Below the pieces are notes generated by a model, which saw only the letters and a list, made by a program, of their open reading frames with translations, was not told the origin of the DNA and ran no database searches. From Heterodontus francisci (lineage: Eukaryota), in assembly GCF_036365525.1 (NCBI RefSeq), contig NC_090390.1, forward strand, positions 86,146,252 through 86,210,251: a stretch of 64,000 nucleotides of DNA. The letters run 5' to 3'. A program made the translations under genes and the position numbers. Below are positions 51,901 through 61,689 of this stretch, piece by piece. Each line of letters begins with the position of its first letter. The first letter of the stretch is position 1.

Positions 51901-53679
51901 ATCTCTCTTTCTCCCTGTGTTCCCCTCTCTCTGCCCGCTCTTTCGTCCTCTGCTCTCAACAGAGAATGCAGTTTCTCTCTCTCTCTGTGACATTTGCAGG
52001 AAGCGCACAGCAGCTTTGTGGTTGGTCAGTTTTTAAAAAAACTTTAAAAAAATCTTTTAAAAAAATGTCGAAGCCTGCCGGAAAACCCTGAATCTGTCCG
52101 AAGTTCAGAAACTGCTGTTCCCGCTCAAAGTGACTGCCAGATGTGAAACTGACTGCACAATGTTTTTTAAAAACCAGCCTGAAAGAAGATGACAACAGAA
52201 AATTTCTCATCTCTGAAATACATCTGCGGGCCGGATGGAAACCTTTGGCGGGCTGGATCCTGGACAACCCTGATGTCGACGGATGGGGATCCCGCCTCCG
52301 AGCAGCCGGCCAATCAGAGGGCTGGCAGCTCAGCAGTGTCACTGGGAGCGGTGGCCACTGCTGGTTTTGCAGGCCCAGTGCTGGAACTCTGGAACAGAGG
52401 TAGTGGAGGCGGGGTTGCTGGGGCCAGTCCAGAAGGCCCTGGTGAGGCTGGCCCAGTCCAGGGGGAGGAGCAGGGAGGGGGTCTCGGGGAGTGAAGTTGT
52501 TCCTGGTGGGGGTACACCATGAGCCACAAACTGCCCATCCAGGAGGGACCACCCTCCCCACTCAGACCCGCAGGGAGGGGGCCTCGATTTACAAGGCATC
52601 CTCTCCCCCTCCCCCGCTGCTGGTAAGATCCCAGCAGCAGCAGGAAGAGGCCCTTAATTGGCCTCTTAAGGGCCTCAACTGGCCTGTGCGAGGGAAGGCT
52701 GTCGCAGTCTATCCCACCGCCGGGAAGATGGGTGGGCATCAGGGAAGTGACGGACCCTTCAGCCCGATATTCCGTGCACCCCGCCTGCAAACCCGCCTCA
52801 GGGGAGCCTGTAAAATCTCAGCCTACATGTGGCCCACTGATGGGACGCCATTGAGACTGGTGAACTGCAGGGGCAGCACGTCACCCAGGATTTGAGGAGT
52901 TCAACATGCAAAAGAGGATGTGGTGAATTAAATCAGGAAAAGCATGGAATCATACAGTGTGGAGGCCATTTGGCCCAGCGTACCTGAGATGGCCCTTTGA
53001 AACAGCTATACAATTAGATCAACTCCTCTTTCCCCATAGCACTGCAAATGTTTCCTTGGAGTATTTCTCCAATTCCCTTTTGAAAGTTATTATTGAATCT
53101 GCTTCCACTGCCCTTTCAGGCAGCGCGTTCCAGATCACAACAACTCACTACATTAAAAAAATCTCATCTTCCCTCTGCTCTTTTTCCAATTACCTTAAAT
53201 CTGTGCCCTCCTGCCAGTGGAAATACAGGTTAATGAAATCCCCTAATGAATTTGAACACCTGTAGTAAATTCCCTCAACCTTTTCGGCTATAAGGAGAAC
53301 AATCCCAACTTCGCCAGTATCACTACATAACTTAAATCCCTCATCCCTGGCACCACTTCAGTAAATAAATCTCTTCTGCACCCTCTCAAAGGCCTACCCA
53401 GTGATTTATAAAGGTTTAGCATAACTTCCCTGTGTTTGTACTCTATAGTTCTGTCTACAAAGAATCAGCCACTTGCTTTCTCAGATTGTAAAGCTCATTG
53501 AAGGTGAGCTGTTGTTTCATGTTATGGACACATAAAAACCACTCAAAGCAGGTAGCTCAGTACGGACCAGGAGTTCAACCGAGCATGTTCCTGGCCAGTG
53601 TAGCTCAGTACTACACCAAGTGATTCACTTACTCACTGGGCCACAACAGAATGAGCCTCTGCTGTCCTGCAGCAGAGCG

Positions 53680-54041
53680 TCACCAATCCCTCTCGCGCGG
53701 CTCCCTGTACGGCAGTTCCAGCTGCATGAAGATGTCTTGCTCCGTTGCCGTGGAGATGGGTACCCCGGTGCTGACCTTGGCGCTCCCCTTCCTCAGCACG
53801 TGGCAGTTCAGTGAGTGCTCCGACAGGCTCATGCCTTTTGTCTTGGCCAATGCTCGCATGGACCGGTTAAAGTGAGCCGATCCAGTGAAGTACATCAGGG
53901 CGCAGGCAAACTCACTGTATGGCACCACAATGATATCGAGTCGCCGGTGACGGTGTCCAGAACCTGGGAGCCGGCAAACACCCAGATACTTCTTCTGGCT
54001 ACCATTCTCCTCTTGACTGACCAGGTCATCGGTGAGAAATC
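53680..54041 (-). CDS. POLL: DNA polymerase lambda last coding exon ([14 protein letters not shown]...[32 protein letters not shown]...YREPRERDW*)
   Basis: X-family palm/thumb motifs RRLD and YFTGS, plus the POLL-type ERDW terminus. Acceptor tgttgaaag|GA on the minus strand. Confidence 0.95.
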
Positions 54042-54233
54042 CTTTCAACAGGAAATTCAGGAGTCAATAAACTTCATCCAAAATATATGCTGTGCTCGTG
54101 AAACTGCGAGATCTCTGTTAGAGATGTTAAAATCTACTCAGTCTCGAGTCACGTGCATCAAGGTTAGAGCAAAGCTCCCTCTACACTGTCCCATCAAACA
54201 CTCCCAGGACAGGTACAGCACAGGGTTAGATAC

Positions 54234-54432
54234 GCATGCGGTGTCCGCCGGTACGCTTGAGGCCTTCCACGACCGGTGGGCACCGCAGGGACTGGAGTGC
54301 ATCGTCGACGCAGAGAATGGCATTTTAATTTGAGTTTTTTGTTTATTTATCTGGTTTTAATAAAGTTATTTTAAAACTGTAAATATGTATATAAAGGGGG
54401 CCTGAGGAATAAAGGCCACCTTAAAAAAAAAA
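54234..54432 (+). mobile_element. 5'-truncated Tx1 LINE 3' end inside the minisatellite
   Basis: Matches 59297-59516 (HAVSAGTLEAFHD...ENGILI*). Ends in an A tail. Confidence 0.88.
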
Positions 54433-55941
54433 CGGGGGGAAAAAAAAGAAAACAAAAGGAAAAAAAAAAGAAAAAACTGGGGTTAGATACAGTAAAGCTC
54501 CCTCTACACTGTCCCATCAAACACTCCCAGGACAGGTACAGCACGGGGTTAGATACAAAGTAAAGCTCCCTCTACACTGTCCCCATCAAACACTCCCAGG
54601 ACAGGTACAGCACAGGGTTAGATACAAAGTAAAGCTCCCTCTACACTGTCCCCATCAAACACTCCCAGAACAGGTACAGCACGTGGGTTAGATACAAAGT
54701 AAAACTCCCTCTACACTGTCTCATCAAACACTCCCAGGACAGGTACAGCACAGGGTTAGATACAGAGTAAAGCTCCCTCTACACTGTCCCATCAAACACT
54801 CCCAGGACAGGTACAGCACGGGGGTTAGATACAAAGTAAAACTCCCTCTACACTGTCTCATCAAACACTCCCAGGATAGGTACAGCACAGGGTTAGATAC
54901 AAAGTAAAGCTCCCTCTACACTGTCCCATCAAACACTCCCAGAACAGGTACAGCACGGGGGTTAGATACAAAGTAAAACTCCCTCTACACTGTCTCATCA
55001 AACACTCCCAGGATAGGTACAGCACAGGGTTAGATACAAAGTAAAGCTCCCTCTACACTGTCCCATCAAACACTCCCAGGACAGGTACAGCACGGGGGTT
55101 AGATACAAAGTAAAGCTCCCTCTACACTGTCACCATCAAACACTCCCAGGACAGGTACAGCACGGGGGTTAGATACAGAGCAAAGCTCCCTCTACACTGT
55201 CCCCCATCAAACACTCCCAGGGACAGGTACAGAAAAGAAAAAAAAAAGAAAAGAAAAAAAAACAGGGATTAGATACAGAGTAAAGCTCCCAAAAAAGAAA
55301 AAAAAACTGGGGTTAGATGCAGAGTAAAGCTCCCTCTACACTGTCCCCATCAAACACTCCCAGGACAGGTACAGCACGGGGGTTAGATACAAAGTAAAGC
55401 TCCCTCTACACTGTCCCCATCAAACACTCCCAGGACAGGTACAGCACGGGGTTAGATACAGAGTAAAGCTCCCTCTACACTGTCCCCATCAAACACTCCC
55501 AGGACAGGTACAGCACGGGGGTTAGATACAAAGTAAAGCTCCCTCTACACTGTCCCATCAAACACTCCCAGGAGAGGTACAGCACGGGGTTAGATACAGA
55601 GTAAAGCTCCCTCTACACTGTCCCATCAAACACTCCCAGGAGAGGTACAGCACGGGGTTAGATACAGAGTAAAGCTCCCTCTACACTGTCCCCATCAAAC
55701 ACTCTCAGGACAGGTACAGCACGGGGGTTAGATACAAAGTAAAGCTCCCTCTACACTGTCTCATCAAACACTCTCAGGACAGGTACAACACGGGGGTTAG
55801 ATACAAAGTAAAGCTCCCTCTACACTGTCTCATCAAACACTCCCAGGACAGGTATAGCACGGGGTTTAAATACAAAGTAAAGCTCCCTCTACACTGCCCC
55901 CATCAAACACTCTCAGGACAGGTACAGCACGGGGGTTAGAT

Positions 55942-56096
55942 CAGCGCCGAGAATGGCATTTTAATTTGAGTTTTTTGTTTATTTATCTGGTTTTAATAAA
56001 GTTATTTTAAAAATATAAGTGTGTATATAAAGGGGGCCTGAGGAATAAAGGCCCCCTCGACAAAAAAAAAGAGAAAAAAAATGAAAAAAAAAAAAA
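55942..56096 (+). mobile_element. 5'-truncated Tx1 LINE 3' end with a 12-bp TSD
   Basis: TSD cgggggttagat at 55930-55941 and 56097-56108. Matches the 3' UTR of the long copy. Confidence 0.88.
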
Positions 56097-56160
56097 CGGG
56101 GGTTAGATAAAAGCTCCCTCTACACTGTCTCATCAAACACTCCCAGGACAGGTACAGCAC

Positions 56161-59100
56161 AGTATAGGATTGGCTGGAGAGTTTGGAGCACTTCCTGCGT
56201 GCAATTAGGTGAAACAGCTGCATCTAAGCAGGCTGTGGAAGCTTCAACTGGAGAGGAGAGTGGAGAGAGCAACAACTTACAACTTCAACTGTGGAACTGT
56301 TTCTATTTTGTGACAACAAAGACAGCCTACAAGTTATTTTGGAGAGGTGGGTGTTGGAGCACCAGAGCACTGTTTGGTGTTTGGACTGTTGGGGGAGGGA
56401 GGAGGCGCTTGAAGATCCAGGGGTGGGGCTGCCAAATTCTATAGGGAGCTCCTGTACTTGCTCATGTTGACCTTCCATCTTGCACAAAGGGGGCTCACTC
56501 CCCACCCCAACTGTGTGGCTTGAGACGGCTGGAGCTGCCTGGCTGAAGAAAGTCTTTATACAACAGGAAGAAAAGGGGAGAACCGGGCGGCTCCAGCCGA
56601 CCCGGACGAACCTCCCCTGACTGGAAGACTGGACTGTGGACTCGGCAGTAAGGTACTCCAACCACCGATCATACAGCAACATCCTCGCAGCCTTCCTCTC
56701 CCTTCCACCACTTGGCCACCTATCCTCTCTTCTTTTCCTTTCCAACCACATCCTCCTCTACTCCCACCCCTCCACCATCATATTGCATAATTTAAGAACA
56801 AAACTGTTTGTTTTGTTTCTGAGGGATGGGCGTGGCTCTTCGACCCCCTGGCAAGCCCCTCTTCACAGGTGGCAGGGCCTTCTTGCACGTACAGTGCGTT
56901 GTTCTCTCCGGATCCGTCCAGCGAGGACCCGCAGTGTTTTGTGGGAGGACCTGCCGTAGGTCAGCCCGGAGGGCGCCGAATGCTTGGAGGCTCTGCTCAC
57001 GTTGGCGGAGCTGACCAACACCCTCCACCAGTTCTCGAGGGGCAAATCCCCAGGGCTGGACGGGCTGACCGTGGAGTTCCTCAGGGCATTCTGGGATGTC
57101 CTGGGGGACGATTACACGCAGGTCCTGGGGGAAAGCCTGGCGACCGGGGAGATACCCATCTCGTGGCTCAGGGCAGTCATCGTCCTGCTGCCAAAGAGGG
57201 GCGATCTCCACCTGCTTAAAAACTGGCGTCCGGTCTCCCTCCTCAGCATGGGTTATAAGATCTTTGCCCGGGTTATGTCTACCCGCCTGGGCTCCGTGCT
57301 GGCCCACATGATCCACCCCGACCAGTCTTACACGGTCCCAGGCCGGTCCATCCAGGACAACAGTCACCTTGTCCGGGATCTGATCCATATTTCCCAGAGG
57401 ACTGGTCAGTCGGTTGCCTTTCTCTCCCTCTATCAGGAGAAGGCGTTCGACAGGGTGGATCACGAATACGTTTTCGGGACTCTGCGCGCTTTCGGACACG
57501 GGCTGCATTTTGTGGCCCGGGTCCGACTTTTATACGCTGCCGCAGAGTGTCTGCTCAAAGTTAACGGATCTTTGACGGCGCCCCTTCGCTTTGGGAGAGG
57601 AGTGCGTCAGGGATGCCCCATGTCCGGCCAATTGTACACCATCTGCGTGGAGCTGTTACTGTGCCTGCTTCGCAGGAGGTTGACGGGATTGACTCTGCGC
57701 GAGCCGGCCATGCGGGTCATCCTCTCGGCTTATGCCGGAGATGTGCTCCTCACGGTCACAGATCCCGTTGACTTGCGGAGGATGTGCGACTGCCAGCAGA
57801 CCTTTTCTGCCGCGTCCTTCACGAGGATCAATTGGGAGAAATGTTACGGACTCCTGGTGGGTCAGTGGCGGGTGGACTCCCTGCCGGAGGAGTTGACACC
57901 TTTTGCGTGGAGCACCACACACCTCCTCTATATGGGAGTCTACCTTAGCCCCGCTGAGGAAGCCTGGCTGGCAAACTGGCAGGAGTTGGAGGCGAAAGTC
58001 ACCACTCGGCTGGGGCGCTGGACAGGACTGCTCCGAGTGCTTTCCTACAGGGGCCGAGCCCGGGTCATAAACCAACTGGTGGCCTCGTTAGTGTGATACC
58101 GGTTGGTCACTTCGGCCCCGCCCCCTGCATTCGCTACCAAGATCCAGCAGAAACTCGTCGATTTCTTCTGGGGCAAGAGGAAACACTGGGTCTCTGCTGC
58201 GGTCCTGAGTCTCCTGATCAAGAAGGGCGGCCAGTCACTGGTGTCCGTCCGCACCCAGGCTGCGACTCTCCGCCTTCGGACCCTGCAGAGATACCTGTAC
58301 GTCGAGCGTCCTCCCAGATGGTGTGCGCAGGCGACGTATTTTTTCCATCAGTATCACTGCCTTCAAGACAACACGCAGCTCCCGGCGGAGTCCGTTAGCC
58401 ACGCCTCGCTGAGGGAGTTGCCTGTCTTTTACCGGGATCTATTCCGAGTCTGGAACATGGTCGCCTCCAGTCAGGGCGCTCCCCCGCCGGCAGAGGAGAG
58501 AGCCTCGGCTGTCCGGGCGGCCAGCTCTGCAGACAGACCGACGGGCGGAGGAGTAGCCGAAGCCCCTGGGACGCCCCTCACTGTGATTGACGAGGGGGCT
58601 TGGGAGTGCAGAGCGCTCCCAGCCGAGCTGAGCCCCGCTCAGCCGGAGTTGCTCATCGGACCCAGGCCCCGAAAACCTCCTCGGGAGCTGGTCCCGCACA
58701 ATCCGAGCCGCCTCTCGGAAATACCCTCTGTGCCATTCCAATCGGTGCGGAGGGGTTTCCTGTACGGGCTGCTCCTGCACACTCTCCATTTCCTCGCCCT
58801 CGTCAGCCGGCCGGACACGCCCTGGCGGTCCGCGTTGCCATCTGGCGGTGAGGGGAAACCCCGATGGAGGTCTCTCTACGGGGGAGTCCTCCCCCTTTAC
58901 ATTGGGGACCTGGGGTGGAGGGTGTTGCACAGGGCAGTCCCGTGCAATAGACTTTTAAGCAGGTTCACAGACTCCCACGTCGCTGTACTTTCTGTGGCCT
59001 GGACAAGTCCGTGTTCCATGTATATATGGAGTGTGCGAGGTTGCAGCCCCTATTTGAGTATCTGAAGGGGCTGCTCCTCAAGTTCTAGCTGCACTTCAGC

Positions 59101-59516
59101 TCCACGCTCCTGATCTTTGGGCACCCGGTGCGGAGGGGCGTGGGCCAGGAGGAGGATCTCCTCGTCGGTCTGCTCCTGGGCCTGGCCAAGGTGGCAATTC
59201 ACAGGTCCAGGCTGCGGGCCGTCGGGAGAGTCCGTCCTCCCCGATTGCCTGCCCCTCTTCCGCGGTTATGTTCGCGCCCGGGCATCCCTGGAGGAGCATG
59301 CGGTGTCCGCCGGTACGCTTGAGGACTTCCACGACCACAGGGACTGGAGTGCATTGTCGACGCCGAGAATGGAATTTTAATTGGAGTTTTTTGTCTTTAA
59401 TAATTTTAAAAATATAAATATGAATATAAAGGGGGTCTGAGGAATAAAGGCCCCCTCGACATAAAATATATAAAAGGGGCCTGGGGTATAAAGACCACCT
59501 TACAAATAAAAAAAAA
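56161..59516 (+). mobile_element. Tx1-clade (L1 group) non-LTR retrotransposon: putative 5' UTR, RT, CCHC finger and 3' UTR; endonuclease missing; disrupted
   Basis: KSPGLDGLTVEF, KNWRPVSLL, QEKAFDRVDH, GVRQGCPMSG, SAYAGD (normally AYADD), LSYRGR, DLGWRVLH, and CTFC-x7-H-x4-C at ~58984-59034. Confidence 0.9.
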
Positions 59517-59804
59517 CGGGGTTAGATACAGAGTAAAGCTCCCTCAACACTGTCCCATCAAACACTCCCAGGGCAGGTACAGGGTGGGTTTGTTATGGAT
59601 ACTTTGCTCAAACAATATATTTTAGTCCCAACTTCAGAAGATTTCCCGTACTGCACTAATTACAGAGGTTGCAGCAACCAACAGACGCTAACAGACCATC
59701 CAGTCAGTGTGGAGCTGTGCCCCCTCCCTCGCCTCATCACTGGCAAACCTGACATGCCTCTGATGACCTGTTCATCTTGGATACACCAGACCTGGAGCGA
59801 AAGT

Positions 59805-60255
59805 AAGACTTGCATTTTTCTGGCACCTTTCTCAGCCTCGGGATGTTTCAAAATGCTTTACAGCCAATGAAATACTTCTGAAGTGTAGTCACTGTTGTAA
59901 TGTAGGAAACACGACAACCAATTGGTGCACAGCAAGATTGAACCAACCGCAATCTGATAAATGATCAGAGAATCTGTATTAGTGATGTTAGTTGAGGGGT
60001 AAATGTTGGCCAAAACACTTGGGAGAAGTCCCCTGCTCTCCTTCCATAAAGTTGCTGCGGGATCTTTCATGTCCTGCCGAGAGGGCAGATGGGGGCTCGG
60101 ATTAACGTCTCATCCAAGGTGGAACCTCCAACCGTGCAGCACTCCCTCAGTATTGCACTGGGCGTGTCAGCTTGGATTAAGTGCACGACTCTCTGGAGTG
60201 GGATCCAAACCTTCGGCCTTATGACCCAGTGGTAGGAGTACTACCCACCAAGATC
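59805..60255 (-). mobile_element. DeuSINE-like SINE (other remnants near 16510-16695 and 28285-28410)
   Basis: gctttacagccaatgaaatacttctgaagtgtagtcactgttgtaatgtagg resembles the Deu-domain region as recalled. tRNA-like head near 60190-60255. Confidence 0.6.
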
Positions 60256-60356
60256 CTGCCTGGGAGGCTGTGAGCTTCGTCTCCATTACAGGACACCAAG
60301 GGGACCTTTGCTCCATTTGTCCTGTACTCGCTACCGCATCACTTTTTCATACTCAC

Positions 60357-60525
60357 CCGTGTCCCTCAGACCGCCAAGGATCTTACTGAAGATACCTCTG
60401 TGCGATTTCCCATCTGGATGGGTGATGAGAACGTCCACATCCCCACAGGTGGACTTACCCCGTCGATAGGAGCCACAGGCCAGTGAAATCAAGGTGGGAT
60501 TAATCGAGTGAGCCATATCCCTCAC
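60357..60525 (-). CDS. POLL: DNA polymerase lambda penultimate coding exon ([46 protein letters not shown]...)
   Basis: Catalytic GSYRRG...GDVD motif. tccag|GTG acceptor and G|gtgagt donor. 169 nt, phase 1 fits the last exon. Confidence 0.95.
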
Positions 60526-60574
60526 CTGGACAACACAGGTAAGAATGATTGATAATGACTGACACTGAATTGCT

Positions 60575-61625
60575 GCTCATCCCATTATCAGTCCTCCGAC
60601 ACCGGATTACAGCTCACCGCTCACTCCACCTCTCCGACACTGAATTGTTAATCATCCCTCGCTCCACTTCTCCGACACTGGACTATTGCTCATCCCTCGC
60701 TCCACCTCTCCGACACCGGATTATTGCTCATCCCTCGCTCCACCTCTCCGACACCGGATTATTGCTCATCCCTCGCTCCACCTCTCCGACACTGATTACT
60801 GCTCATTTCTCGCTCTACTCTGCCACTGGATTATTGCTCATCCCTCGCTCCACCTCTCCGACACTGGACTATTGCTCATCCCTCACTCCACCTCTCCGAC
60901 ACTGGACTATTGCTCATCCCTCGCTCCACCTCTCCGACACTGGATTATTGCTCATCCCTCGCTCCACCTCTCCGACACTGGACGATTGCTCATCCCTCGC
61001 TCCACCTCTCCGTCACTGGATTATTGCTCATCCCTCGCTCCACCTCTCCGACACTGGACTATTGCTCATCCCTCGCTCCACCTCTCCGACACTGGACTAT
61101 TGCTCATCCCTCGCTCCACCTCTCCGTCACTGGATTATTGCTCATCCCTCGCTCCACCTCTCCGACACTGGACTATTGCTCATCCCTCGCTCCACCTCTC
61201 CGACACTGGACGATTGCTCATCCCTCGCTCCACCTCTCCGTCACTGGATTATTGCTCATCCCTCGCTCCACCTCTCCAACACTGGACAATTGCTTATCCC
61301 TTGCTCCTCCTCTCCGTCACTGGATTACTGTTCATCCCTCACTCCAATCCGACACTGGATTATTGCTCATCTCTCGCTACACCTCTCCGACACTGGATTA
61401 TTGCTCATCCCTTGCTCCACCTCTCCGCCACTGATTACTGCTCATCCCTCGCTCCACCTCTCCGTCACTGGATTATTGCTCATCCCTCGCTCCACCTCTC
61501 CAACACTGGATTACTGTTCATCCCTCACTCCAATCCGACACTGGATTATTGCTCATCCCTTGCTCCATCTCTCCGACACTGGACTATTGCTCATCCCTTG
61601 CTCCACCTCTCCAACACTGGATTAT
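60575..61625. repeat. 38-bp minisatellite (ccgacactggattattgctcatccctcgctccacctct), about 27 units
   Basis: Direct tandem periodicity. Confidence 0.95.
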
Positions 61626-61689
61626 TTGCTTGTTTGCACTGGAGTGCTGACTTGGGTTGCATTAGAATGTTAAAGTGGAAGTTTGGTGA

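Larger units (their letters stand above)
54161..56160. repeat. ~69-bp minisatellite (gggttagatacaRagtaaagctccctctacactgtcccatcaaacactcccaggacaggtacagcacR), about 22 units, plus one more unit at 59517-59585
   Basis: Direct tandem periodicity of 68-70 bp. Confidence 0.95.

Noticed and set aside
51411-52824. GC-rich ORFs or a CpG-island promoter
   Set aside because: No recognisable protein. Degenerate inverted ends (gggctggaattt.../...gtaaaatctcagcct) suggest an old non-autonomous DNA element, too weak to list as a feature.
53680-54041. Assignment to POLB, POLM or DNTT
   Set aside because: The [13 protein letters not shown] motif and ERDW terminus fit polymerase lambda.
54161-56160. CRISPR-like appearance of the repeat array
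   Set aside because: Units are contiguous with no unique spacers, there are no cas genes, and the context is a eukaryotic intron.
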